Below are positions 9,019-19,146 of a DNA stretch of 64,000 nucleotides, in pieces (the first letter of the stretch is position 1; every line of letters begins with the position of its first letter). The stretch lies in assembly GCA_963730935.1 (NCBI GenBank), contig CAVSTP010000002.1:896001-960000 (forward strand). The letters are read 5' to 3'. The notes below the pieces were generated by a model that was given only the letters and a program-made list of their open reading frames with translations, had not been told where the DNA came from and ran no database searches. The translations under genes and the position numbers were made by a program. Source of the DNA: an uncultured Nitrospiraceae bacterium. Lineage in GTDB: Bacteria > Nitrospirota > Nitrospiria > Nitrospirales > Nitrospiraceae.

Positions 9019-11031
9019 TTACTCCAAGAAATTGCGCGGAGGACTGGCCACACCATTCCGACCAACGGCTGGTACTTCTACTTGCGCATCTGTCGCCGTA
9101 GGAGTTCCATTACTATTACCACTGCTGGTCACACCACTTTGATTACCAGGATGTCCATTGGGAATGAACAATTGCGGGTGATCAAAGGGTGCTTGCTCGT
9201 GCAAGACTCGCGGATCAGTTAATCCGTTTCTCATGAAGATAACCAAATCGGCTTGTTTCTCGTTAGATAAGCCCAACGGATCAGCTGATGAATTAAAATC
9301 TCGACCACGATTGTAAAATTGTACGACCTCCTCCAGCGTTGCCATCCCACCATTATGGAAGTATGGAGCGGTCAAGGCGATGTTGCGTAAGTGAGGTATT
9401 TTAAATCTTGCGGTACTGTCGGTTCCTCCTCCTAGATCCTCCAAAGCGGGCCTCACACCGTAGTTCGCCTGAAAGCCATTCGCGAACGCATTAATTAGTG
9501 GATTACCAGAATCAGTTGATGTTACGCCCGCAGTTCTTCTTACAGAAGCCTTGGTGAATTCTGGAATCGTGTGGCAGCTGTTGCAGTTCCCTCCGCCATT
9601 GGCGACATTATTGACAAACACCGTCAGGCCCCTAATCTCTTGCGGAGAGAGGGCACTAGTATCACCCGCCTGGAATCTGTCAAACGGTGTTTGGTCCGAC
9701 ACGAGCGTAGACAGATACTTTTGAATGGCTAAGCCGGCAAACAACGAGAAGTTCCACTGCCTGAGCTCATATTGATTTGTAGGCGAAGGCTGGACGACCG
9801 CGCGGTTACCCAAGATTGTGTGAGTTCCATCAGAATTAACCTGAATGATTTTGTTTGAATTCCACCATTCTGGCTTGAAGCTCTGTTTGATCAGAATATC
9901 GTAGCTTGGTGTCATCAGACCAGGCTGCGGCGATCTGCTATCAGCCCCTAAAACACCGTCTTCAGGATGTACCCGTTGTTTCGCAAGGGGTCTCAGGGTC
10001 ATGAGTTTTGCCCCTCCTTTCCGAAGGAACTTGCTGCCGATTTCTCGGTGAGTACGGCCATCGGCGGACATTTCAAATATGCTTAACTGCGGCCCAGTAA
10101 CGAGGGAAGCAAGAGAGGAATTGTTGAGCCCAATTTGAACTTGGGTGAGTGTGTTCGCATTGGGTGCCCGGTAAACAAACGCTGTTGTGTCGGCTGCGCC
10201 CTGTATATTCACCCCGTTGAAGGTTTCCTTAGCGCGACCATCCCAAAACTGCAGTTTGTTGAAAATCGCATCGAATACCGTTGGAGCATTCCGCGGCTCA
10301 ACTCGGCGTATATTGATTCCATTGATACTGAAACCGTCCTGATCGGGCATGGATTGAACATTATCCGCTGCTTGACCCGGAACGGTGCTGATCAGCACGG
10401 AATAAAATACACCCTGGGATGAGGCGACATCGTTCGTATCCGACAGGAGCGTACTCGGCCCGGCTGGGCACTGTGAACTCACTGGCGCATCGACGCGACA
10501 GTTCGGATTTGAAAGCTTCCGAAACGGGAAATCGGCGGCGGTGAGTTGATAATTCGGCCCACCTCCCACTAATGAGGAAAATGACTTATCTTGCGGCGAT
10601 GCTAAAAGGCCCGGGCTAATCTGATTCTTCGATCTGTTATCAGCTCCGGCATGAAAGTGACAACTTGCACAGGATTGCATGCCGTCGCTGCCGAGTTGCA
10701 TGTCCCAAAACAGAGCCTTCCCTAGCTTCAGTAGGGCTGTTTCGTCTTTAACAAAGTCACTGAGATTGGCGGGTGGCGCCACCGCCGTAAGGCGTGGCGG
10801 TGGGGATGATGCAGTAGGATCTGCCGCGGTTGCCGGCGGCTTACTTGTTATGGCATCGAGTGGGGCTGGATTCTCAGCTGGTCCCGCCAATATGAGACTT
10901 CCACCTACGATTGGTGACACGAAGATAAGAACTTCCAGCAAGCGCACGACCCTTTTCAAGGGCAAACTTTCTTCAAATCTTGAGCAAACACGTCTGCACG
11001 TGCCAAACAACCCTGCTAATCGAGTATTCAT
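9019..11031 (-). CDS. Large di-heme cytochrome c peroxidase / MauG family protein
   Basis: LGKALFWD, CASCH and CNSCH heme sites, QFWDGRA, FKIPHLRNIALTAPYFHNG. Confidence 0.9.
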   Translation of the reverse strand: MNTRLAGLFGTCRRVCSRFEESLPLKRVVRLLEVLIFVSPIVGGSLILAGPAENPAPLDAITSKPPATAADPTASSPPPRLTAVAPPANLSDFVKDETALLKLGKALFWDMQLGSDGMQSCASCHFHAGADNRSKNQISPGLLASPQDKSFSSLVGGGPNYQLTAADFPFRKLSNPNCRVDAPVSSQCPAGPSTLLSDTNDVASSQGVFYSVLISTVPGQAADNVQSMPDQDGFSINGINIRRVEPRNAPTVFDAIFNKLQFWDGRAKETFNGVNIQGAADTTAFVYRAPNANTLTQVQIGLNNSSLASLVTGPQLSIFEMSADGRTHREIGSKFLRKGGAKLMTLRPLAKQRVHPEDGVLGADSRSPQPGLMTPSYDILIKQSFKPEWWNSNKIIQVNSDGTHTILGNRAVVQPSPTNQYELRQWNFSLFAGLAIQKYLSTLVSDQTPFDRFQAGDTSALSPQEIRGLTVFVNNVANGGGNCNSCHTIPEFTKASVRRTAGVTSTDSGNPLINAFANGFQANYGVRPALEDLGGGTDSTARFKIPHLRNIALTAPYFHNGGMATLEEVVQFYNRGRDFNSSADPLGLSNEKQADLVIFMRNGLTDPRVLHEQAPFDHPQLFIPNGHPGNQSGVTSSGNSNGTPTATDAQVEVPAVGRNGVASPPRNFLE

Positions 11032-11086
11032 AGCACCCCCTCTATGTGTTAGAGCTCAGCATGCTCGTACTCATAAGCCGAGTAGA

Positions 11087-11432
11087 CACTAGGGATCGCG
11101 ATAACTGACGACACCGCATTGGGGGTAACCCCATTGGCGTCCGAAAGGCTAAAGTGAAGCTTGACGCACTCTTCTCAAGCTTTTAAGAAAACCGAGGAAC
11201 TACGAGGTGCGATCTGCAGCTTGGAAGAGAGGACGCAGCAGAGGGGGGTCCGTCTGGGATGGACTGGAAGTATAACGATGTATTTCGTTCCGCCTAGACA
11301 TGGGCTGTTAGTAAGCCGAGAAGCAAAATATAGATAGTTATTTTGTGCGATACTGGGGAAAGCCCTGGTTATGGCTTCTCCGAGCCCTTAAGATGATTTC
11401 CTGATCTAGCATAATCACTAGGCGAGGCGATG
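11087..11432 (-). promoter_or_regulatory. Conserved non-coding leader/promoter element, copy A
   Basis: Colinear identical blocks shared with 50946-51247; minus-strand -10 TATACT at 11269-11274. Confidence 0.8.
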
Positions 11433-11674
11433 GGAGCCGTATATGGCCACCCGTCATGCCTTCGAACCCCCCGTGATTATCGCTGGGTTTGCTGACGTTC
11501 CACACGACTCCGTCCATCTGCTTCCCCGTTGCACCGGATTGCAGAATCCGCGTCAAGGACTCGATGTGAGGTGGGAGATCTCTTGAAAAGTCGAGGGGGG
11601 GATGCCCTTTGAAAGTGGCAGGTGAGCCATCCCCGCGTCGTTAGTGACTAGAAGTGTGGTTGGAACGGGCCTTC

Positions 11675-12361
11675 TCACGCCGACGCTGTGAGTTCCACCA
11701 GGCCATACTGGTGTGCGCAGATGAGCAGTTTCTGCCGATTGGAGACGCCCAGTTTGTCGAAAATGCTGGTAAGGTGGTGGCGCACAGTCGTTTCCGAAAT
11801 ACACAGACTGTTGGCGATATCGCGGTTCGACAATCCTTTCCCAAGCAGGCCAATCACTTCTCGCTCCCGGTCCGTCAATGCATCAGTGCATCGCGTTGGA
11901 TCAGCCACTGCTTTACGCTTGTCGACTTTATTGGTGATAGGGGGTTGGTTCGATGTAGCTCTCAGCGCGACGGCCAGACCCTTCCCCACACACTCAACAG
12001 TAGCCAAAAGCACTCCGGGCTGTTGACATTTCATGACGATTTCGTCGGCCCCGGCAGCCAGCGCTTGACGGGCACGATCCATTTCATCCCACCCGCTCAG
12101 TACGATAATCCGACATAGCGGGTCTTTTTGCCGAAGGGTATTGATCGCTTCCACAGATTTTAGATCCGACTCAATATCCACAAGAATCACATCCGGTCGT
12201 TGCTGCGCTATGAGATTGCATGCAGAGCTGCCCCCAGAGGACTCTCCGACCACCACAATGCCGACATGTTCTTCAAAAAGTCGGCGCAATCCCAGGAGCA
12301 GTAAAATGTTGTTGCTCACGATTGCAACTTTAAGAACAGGAATTCTCTGCTCTAACGTCAT
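11675..12361 (-). CDS. NarL/LuxR family response regulator (orphan)
   Basis: Receiver PDVILVDI; HTH LTDREREVIGLLGKGLSNRDIA...TVRHHLTSIFDKLGV. Confidence 0.93.
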   Translation of the reverse strand: MTLEQRIPVLKVAIVSNNILLLLGLRRLFEEHVGIVVVGESSGGSSACNLIAQQRPDVILVDIESDLKSVEAINTLRQKDPLCRIIVLSGWDEMDRARQALAAGADEIVMKCQQPGVLLATVECVGKGLAVALRATSNQPPITNKVDKRKAVADPTRCTDALTDREREVIGLLGKGLSNRDIANSLCISETTVRHHLTSIFDKLGVSNRQKLLICAHQYGLVELTASA

Positions 12362-12539
12362 AACAAATACCCCGCATTAAATAACGTATGACTGATGGCC
12401 TAGGTAATTATGCAGATGCACTCCAATAGACGACGAGAGTTTTGCACAGGGGACGAATGCTACACAATGACCCCCTACGTAAGAAGGGGGCGATAAAGCC
12501 TGTTGAAATGTGGCTTTTCAGGAATATGCCGCACTTAGG

Positions 12540-12967
12540 AAGGCCAGTTTATCTCCCTTATTGTGTAGCCAAGCATGCTCCTGGTCCGTGCTTGGTCCGG
12601 TTCCCACCGACAGCGTTCTCCTACGTAGTGCGTCCTCCAGAATTCGCAAGTGGAGCCACCTTTTACAGGGCACGGTCCAAGAAATCGCACAGGCTTGATT
12701 ATTATTGTGCAGGCCTCATTTTTCGCCCTGATGGTAACCCTAGTTTCACCAATTATTGCCGCTATGCCTTCACACAGATCCTGCTGTACTGAGTGCTACG
12801 CACAACGTGTCATTCCTGCGTTGCGAGAGAGTTACGTTGATGTTATATCTGGCCGCGGACTTCTTAACTTAATAAAGGTCAGTTTATCTCCCACATTGTG
12901 CAGCCAAACATGTTACCGGTCCGTGCTTGGGCCGGTTCCCACCGGCAGGATTCTCCTACGTAGTTCG
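12540..12967. repeat. Two 93-bp direct repeats (12540-12632 and 12875-12967)
   Basis: Ungapped alignment by eye, 80/93 identical, 335-bp offset. Confidence 0.9.
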
Positions 12968-13022
12968 CTTTCCGAACCCGGGAAAAAAGCATAAAGCTCC
13001 GATGTAGAACTTGCCTTTCCTA

Positions 13023-13088
13023 TGTATAAGTTTCTCCGCGCTTGTATAAGTTTCCCCGCGCTCGATGTACTCACTCGATGTACTCACA
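13023..13088. repeat. Adjacent tandem repeats, 2x20 bp then 2x13 bp
   Basis: TGTATAAGTTTC(T/C)CCGCGCT twice, then CGATGTACTCAC(T/A) twice. Confidence 0.9.
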
Positions 13089-13167
13089 TGGGACTGAGAC
13101 GGCGAAGCTATATCTTTCCTTTGAACCTTTTCACTTTGAAACCATTATGGCAAGAAGGAGTGCGGCA

Positions 13168-13680
13168 ATGTCGCATAAGGTGAACACTTCATTGCCTTAC
13201 TGGTTCGCGCTTCGCACTCGTTCACGGCACGAAAAGGTCGTGCGAGATCGTCTTGAGGGAAATGGGTTCGAGCAGTTTCTTCCCCTCACAAGAACGCTGA
13301 GGCGATGGTCGGATCGCAATACATGGACGCAGTTCCCTCTATTTTCAGGTTATTGTTTCGCCCGATTTGCGTTGCACTCACGATTGGACGTTCTGCGGAT
13401 TCCGGGCATCATCAACATCGTGGGAATCGAGGGACCCGAACCGATTCCTGAAAAAGAACTGGACGCGTTGAAAACCGTTTCCAACAGTCAACGCGCCTGC
13501 GATTCGCACGACTATCTGAATGAGGGGACATGGGTCGAAGTTGTGCGGGGTCCGCTCACCGGAATACGAGGGCAATTCATAAGAAAAGCAGGTCAGGATT
13601 GTATCGTGCTTCGTGTTCAACTCCTCCAGCAGGCGGCAGCTGTTCACATTGATGCAAGTGAAGTAGTTAGGGTCGGCTGA
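13168..13680 (+). CDS. NusG-paralog transcription antiterminator (UpxY/RfaH-type)
   Basis: WFALRTRSRHEKVV, FLPL...WSDR...PLFSGYCF NGN domain, KOW VEVVRGPLTGIRG; AAGGAG RBS; first gene of a polysaccharide locus. Confidence 0.92.
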   Translation: MSHKVNTSLPYWFALRTRSRHEKVVRDRLEGNGFEQFLPLTRTLRRWSDRNTWTQFPLFSGYCFARFALHSRLDVLRIPGIINIVGIEGPEPIPEKELDALKTVSNSQRACDSHDYLNEGTWVEVVRGPLTGIRGQFIRKAGQDCIVLRVQLLQQAAAVHIDASEVVRVG

Positions 13681-13765
13681 TTGGAGGTTCTTGTCTTATT
13701 TGTCACTTCTCGAACTAACCGAGCGATCTGTCACCGCACAAGCAGTGAAGAAGAGGCCGGTTCGA

Positions 13766-14038
13766 ATGATGCGATTCTCAGAGAACGAGAGAAAGAAGAT
13801 TCTGCAGGAAGGTCACGATCGCGGTGGAGTGAAAAAGGTTTGCGAGCGCAACGGCATTTCGATCAGGACCTATTACCGCTGGCAAGCCATGTTTGCCCAG
13901 CAGGAAGAGACGCGCATGGCAGAGATTCGAGCCTTACAGCAGCAAAATCACCGACTAAAAGAAAAGTTCGCTGAGCTGTCCCTTGATTATCAAGCTCTCC
14001 GGGCTGCCTTGATTGCTGATGTGAAATGCGAATGTTGA
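13766..14038 (+). CDS. IS3-family OrfA-like helix-turn-helix/coiled-coil protein, no OrfB
   Basis: RFSENERKKIL...VKKVCERNGISIRTYYRWQ...IRALQQQNHRLKEKFAELSLD. Confidence 0.75.
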   Translation: MMRFSENERKKILQEGHDRGGVKKVCERNGISIRTYYRWQAMFAQQEETRMAEIRALQQQNHRLKEKFAELSLDYQALRAALIADVKCEC

Positions 14039-14234
14039 TTGAGGCTCTCGGTGCATGAAAGCGCGAAAAACCTTTCGTGTTTGAAGACCGAGACTCCACA
14101 CTCGAGCAATTCAAATACAACGCCAGCACGGCGATGGTCGCGGTGCAGGTCTTCGAATGAGTCTTCGAGATTCCTAGCCCTCTAACCCCCGATCCATACA
14201 AATAGTCATTCATTGAGCGCAGGAGACTGAAAAG

Positions 14235-16460
14235 ATGAATCAGTATAGAAACAGCCTGGCATCATTACAGGTTAGCGGTGCCGACAGAACCGACAATACC
14301 ACCGCAGAGTATCTGAGCTTCTGCTGGCGGCGCCGGTGGCTGATCGTTGTCCTCGCCACGGGCGCCGCGACCATCTCGGCGGCATGGTCTTATATGCAGA
14401 CGCCGATCTACCAATCCAAGGCGACGGTGGTCATTGAGCAACAGGGGCCAGGGGCCCTAGAGAGGGACAAGAGCTATTACTGGGATGTCACCCCTGAATA
14501 TTTCCAAACGCATTTTGAATTGATGAAAAGCCATCGAGTGCTCCAGCAAACGGCACGGCTTCTCGATTTGCCGCAGAGAGCGGATTATCGGCCCCAACCA
14601 TCCAAGACCGCGGAGTGGCTTTCCAACTCTCTGCCGGAATTCCTCCGTGCAAGATGGATCAGCACCGCGAACGATCCCGCACCCTCTCCGGAAGAGACCG
14701 AAGACCGGATGTTGAAGCAGTTCAGTCAGCGGATCGAAATCATGCCGATTCGAGGGGCACGGCTGGCCCACATTCTTGTCAATTCGAAAGACCCCAAGTT
14801 TGCCGCGGAGGCCGCCAATACCTTGGCAACCGTCTACATCCAGAGCACACAGGAGTTGAACTCGTCTTCCAAAGAGAAGGCGTCGAAGTGGTTTACCGCC
14901 CAGTTGGACGAATTGCGCAACAGAGTGGAGCTCTCCAAGCGGGCGTTGTATGCCTTTCGGGCGAAGCACGGGCTCCTGCAAGGACAGCAGGGTCAGGCCG
15001 TGGCAGGCCAGAAGCTCACCGAATTGAATTCCGAGTTGTTGAGGGCGGAAATGAGGAAGGCCGAGACCTTCTCTCGTTTCAATGAAGTTCAATCGGTTCT
15101 GCGTAAGCGTGACGAACAGGGGGTGGATGACTGGTCCAATCTGGATGCGTCCACGGAAGTGTTGGCCTCACCGCTGATTCAGACGCTGCGGGCTCAGGAA
15201 ATCAGAGTCTCAGGGCAGGTCGCAGAACTTTCGGACAAGTACGGCCCGCTCCATCCGAAGATGGCGCGCGTGAAAGCCGAGTTGCAGGATCTCAGCGAGC
15301 GCATTCGCCGCGAAGTGCAGAAAATCTACGATTCGGTCAAGCGCGAGTACGATGTAGCGGTGGCTCGTGAACGCGCCATCAAAGAGGCGCTGCACCGCCA
15401 CAACCAGGAAAAGCTCAATCTGGAGCAGTACGAAATCGAACACGGCATATTGGAGGGGGAAACTCAAAGCAACCAACAGCTATACGACATCTTTCTGAAG
15501 GTGGCCAAAGAAACGGACGTGTCCTCGGGGATCAGGCCGAGCAATGTGTATCTGGCCGATCCTGCCGTATCGAGCGTGATTCCGGTGAAGCCAAGGAAAA
15601 TGCTGAATACGATTATGGGTTTCCTGTTGGGATTGATGACCGGTGTCGGCCTAGCCTTGGTGCTCGAGTGGCGGGACCGCAGTCTCAAAGGACCCGACGA
15701 TCTGGAGCACTATCTGCCGCAAGTCTCCTTGCTGGGGATGCTGCCGCTGATGCCCAATAGGGAGGTGGCAAACGGGGCGTTGCACTTGCCATCGGCTACG
15801 AATCCGTCGAGTCCCTTCACCGAAAGCGTTCGTGCGATCCGCACGAGTCTTTTGCTGTCGAGCCCCGACGAATTGCCGTTGTCCGTGCTGATTACGAGCC
15901 CAGGCGAAAGCGAAGGAAAAACGACGCTCGCGGTGAGCCTTGTGGTGGCGATGGCGCAATTAGAGCATGCCCGGGTGATTCTCATTGATGCGGACCTACG
16001 CAAGGCCGTGGCGCATTCGATCTTCGACGTTCAGACGAATAATGGCCGACCGCCAGGCCTGGCGGATTATCTGGAGGGAAGGGCCAGTAAAGAAGATATC
16101 GTCTATCCGACGAACATTCCCAATCTTTCCGTGATCCCACGCGGAAAACGAGCGCCCAACCCCTCCGAGCTGCTCCATTCGAAACGAATGGGCGAACTGC
16201 TCCGGTGGTATCGTCAAGAAGGTATTCAGGTCATCGTGGACGCTCCTCCGGTCTTGGCCTTCACGGATTCGGTCGTGCTGGCCACGCAGGTGGACGGAGT
16301 GCTGCTCGTGGTCAGCGCCGGTCAAACAACGCGGGAAGCCTGTCGGTTGACCGTTCAGCGCCTGGCCGATTCCAAGAGCAAGCTGCTCGGATGCGTGATG
16401 CAAAAAGCGCGTCCGATCGATGTCCCCTACTACGCCAGAGCCTACTACAAGCGCCAATGA
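14235..16460 (+). CDS. wzc: Polysaccharide co-polymerase / tyrosine autokinase (Wzc/GumC)
   Basis: Two TMs, coiled-coil periplasmic region, KYGPLHP, Walker A SPGESEGKTT, LIDADLR, VDAPP, C-terminal Tyr cluster PYYARAYY. Confidence 0.95.
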   Translation: MNQYRNSLASLQVSGADRTDNTTAEYLSFCWRRRWLIVVLATGAATISAAWSYMQTPIYQSKATVVIEQQGPGALERDKSYYWDVTPEYFQTHFELMKSHRVLQQTARLLDLPQRADYRPQPSKTAEWLSNSLPEFLRARWISTANDPAPSPEETEDRMLKQFSQRIEIMPIRGARLAHILVNSKDPKFAAEAANTLATVYIQSTQELNSSSKEKASKWFTAQLDELRNRVELSKRALYAFRAKHGLLQGQQGQAVAGQKLTELNSELLRAEMRKAETFSRFNEVQSVLRKRDEQGVDDWSNLDASTEVLASPLIQTLRAQEIRVSGQVAELSDKYGPLHPKMARVKAELQDLSERIRREVQKIYDSVKREYDVAVARERAIKEALHRHNQEKLNLEQYEIEHGILEGETQSNQQLYDIFLKVAKETDVSSGIRPSNVYLADPAVSSVIPVKPRKMLNTIMGFLLGLMTGVGLALVLEWRDRSLKGPDDLEHYLPQVSLLGMLPLMPNREVANGALHLPSATNPSSPFTESVRAIRTSLLLSSPDELPLSVLITSPGESEGKTTLAVSLVVAMAQLEHARVILIDADLRKAVAHSIFDVQTNNGRPPGLADYLEGRASKEDIVYPTNIPNLSVIPRGKRAPNPSELLHSKRMGELLRWYRQEGIQVIVDAPPVLAFTDSVVLATQVDGVLLVVSAGQTTREACRLTVQRLADSKSKLLGCVMQKARPIDVPYYARAYYKRQ

Positions 16461-16514
16461 CGGCGAAGCAATAGATCAATCATTGTCCGCCTGAACGGAA
16501 CAGACAGGATCCGT

Positions 16515-17989
16515 GTGAGCAAACCCAGAGAGTCCTTTCATGAACGGTCGGTTCCGGACATCTCGCCGCTGAAACCGGTAAATAATGCCATTCAGATGGG
16601 ATGGCGGTGGTGGAGTACTGGCAGGAACGATCGGTCAATCGTCGCATCTTCGCGGCGATGGTTACCGTCGGAAGTTTGACCGTTCTGGTTAAGCTTGTCG
16701 CGGCTCCAAGGAATTGGTCATTGCCTATCGGTTCGGTACAAGCGACGTCTTGGATGCGTTTCTAATCGGCGTTGCTCCTGCCGCAATTCGCAACTGAGCT
16801 AATAGGGGGAGCGCTGAACGGGGCATTAATTCCCACCTACGTTCAGGTTCGTGAACACGAAGGGCAAGTGGCTGCTCAGCGCCTATTCTCGGGCATCATG
16901 GTGGGAGCCGTTTGGCTCTACAGGATCGAGGGCTAGGTCGGCCTGTTGGGTCCTTTCATCCTGCCGGTCTCTGGCGTCCGGATTTCATCCCGAGAAGTTG
17001 GCGCTGACCAGGCAGCTGTATTTCCTCTTATTGCCGAGTACTATTGTTGGCGGAATAGCGGCACATATGGAGCGCGATTCTGAACGCCGGCGAGCGATTC
17101 GCATTGGTGGCCGTTAATTCCTATAGTGACGCCGTTTCTTACAGTGTGTCCTGCTTGATAGCGGTCAGCAGGATGGAATATTTGTTCTTGCGCTGCGACG
17201 GTGATGGGATTAGCGTTGGAAGCTGGCCTCTTAGGGTGGGAACTCAGGAGGCGAGGTATTGCACTGATCCCCCGCTGGTATGGCAAAGCCCGGCGTAAGA
17301 CAGGTACTATCGGCAATATATCCCACGTGGCGGCATCCTTTCTTGATGGGCAGCACGACGTTGTGGCTCAGTCCGTGGCGGCCAGGCTTGGACCGGGAAG
17401 CGTATCGGTATTGGCATACGGCAGCAAAGCCACAACACTACTCCTGGGAGTCGGCTCGGTTGCGGTCAGCACAGCGGTTTTGCCACATTTCTCTCGGATG
17501 GTTGCCATTGGGCGACTCGGTCGGCGTGCGCCATACGTTAAAAACCTATTCCCAGACTGATACTCCTGGTGACGCTCCCGCTGACTGCCGTCCTCATCTA
17601 TTATTCGGAACCCATAGTCAGAATCTTCTTACAGCGAGGCGCCTTCACCGCAAGCTGATACTTACCTGGTAGGGCAAGTCCAAGCAATTTATCTCCTGCA
17701 AGTTCCGCTCTATGTGCTCTGTATCTTAAGTGTGAGGTTGATCTCTTCGTTTAGGGCCAGCCATCTATTGCTGTTGGGAACCATCATCAACTTGATCGTG
17801 GGCATCGTCTTTACTTATTTATTTGCGGAGTGGTTTCAGGTAGTAGGTATAGCCTTGCCATCAGCCTCATGTATCTCATTTCTACGATCTATTTCCTGTC
17901 CACCGCAATGCGCCTGGTAAGCAAGCCGTCGGTCTCTCCTCGAACAATTTAACGGAGATATCGGGCAAATCGAACCAAACATATCCTGA
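16515..17989 (+). CDS. MurJ/MviN-like flippase, multiply frameshifted (approximate ends)
   Basis: Fragments RIFAAMVTVGSLTVLVKLV, KELVIAYRFGTSDVLDAFLI, ARLGPGSVSVLAYGSK, STAVLPHFSRM, FLQRGAF in shifting frames. Confidence 0.8.
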
Positions 17990-18032
17990 AGCTGGCACGC
18001 TAGAGCGCATGACATCCACAACAATCGAATTC

Positions 18033-19146
18033 ATGCGGATCACGCTAATTATTTCTACACTCGGGGCGGGAGGCGCCGAACGGACGATGTCCCTCATGGC
18101 AAACTATTGGGTGCCGCATGGCCGGAACGTCACGCTTATGACCCTAGCTCCACAGAGGCAGATTGGTATGGACTGGATCCGCGGGTCAAGCGAGTTGGAT
18201 TGGGCCTCATGGAATTCCTGTGCACTTCGTTGTAGCGTGTGGAAAATAGCCTCCAAAGAGTGGAGGTCTGCGTCAAGAAATCGAAGGTCCCGGCCGGATG
18301 TCGTTATTAGCTTCGTGGAAAAGACAAATGTGTATGGCCCTGGCGAGCAGCTTGGGACTGAGGAGGCCCGTTATCACGTCAGAGCGAATAGACCCCCGCC
18401 AATATTGTGACTGGCTTTGTCTGGGAGAGAATGCGGCGACTGATGTACCCCGGGCAGCCGCGTCGTGATGCAACCACATGACGTTACGTCATTGGGTGAG
18501 CGCATGGTGAGGGAGAGAGTCTATGTCATACCTAGCCCAGTCATGCCCGATAAGGATACGGAGCAGACGATCCTCATGGTGCCTAGGGGTTCAGCACGGC
18601 AGTAGCCGCTATGGGACGCTTGAAACGACAGAAGGGGTTTGATCTACTGCTGCAGGCTTTCGCCCGTGTTCGAAGCAAGCATGAAATTGGTCCTTGTTGA
18701 TACTTGGAGAAGGTGAGGAGCGGCATGTTTAGAAGCATTGGTGAGGGAGTTGGGCCTTAAAGATCGTGTGGCTATGCCAGGGCTGAGTACAAGATCCCTC
18801 CCAGATCCTTCGTCGGGCAGATCTCTTTGTCTTGTCCTCGCGATATGAAGGATTTCCGAATGCTCTTCTGGAGGCGATGGCTTGCAATTGCCGGTGATTC
18901 AGCACTGACTGTCCCAGCGGGCCGCGGGACATCGTGCGAAACGGCGTTAACGCAGTTCTCATTCCTGCCAATGATGTGAATGCCTTAGCCAGATCCATGG
19001 ATTGCTTGATGGGAGATGAAACGGAGCGTCAGCGTCTTGGCGCCAATGCAGTGAGAGGTTACCGAACGGTTCAGCCTCGAAAAAATCATGAACATGTGGG
19101 ACAAGGTATTAACCCGTATATGTGGTCAAGCCGAACACATGAGTGA
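18033..19146 (+). CDS. GT4 glycosyltransferase, frameshifted
   Basis: [56 protein letters not shown]. Confidence 0.85.

Noticed and set aside
11087..11150. c-di-GMP-I riboswitch as the identity of the shared leader (GAAA and GGACGC seen)
   Set aside because: The two motifs lie on opposite strands and the remaining consensus is missing
12540..13088. CRISPR-like repeat array
   Set aside because: Only two copies of each unit, no regular spacers and no cas genes
13691..14230. Complete IS3-family element
   Set aside because: No OrfB/DDE domain, terminal inverted repeats or target duplication visible
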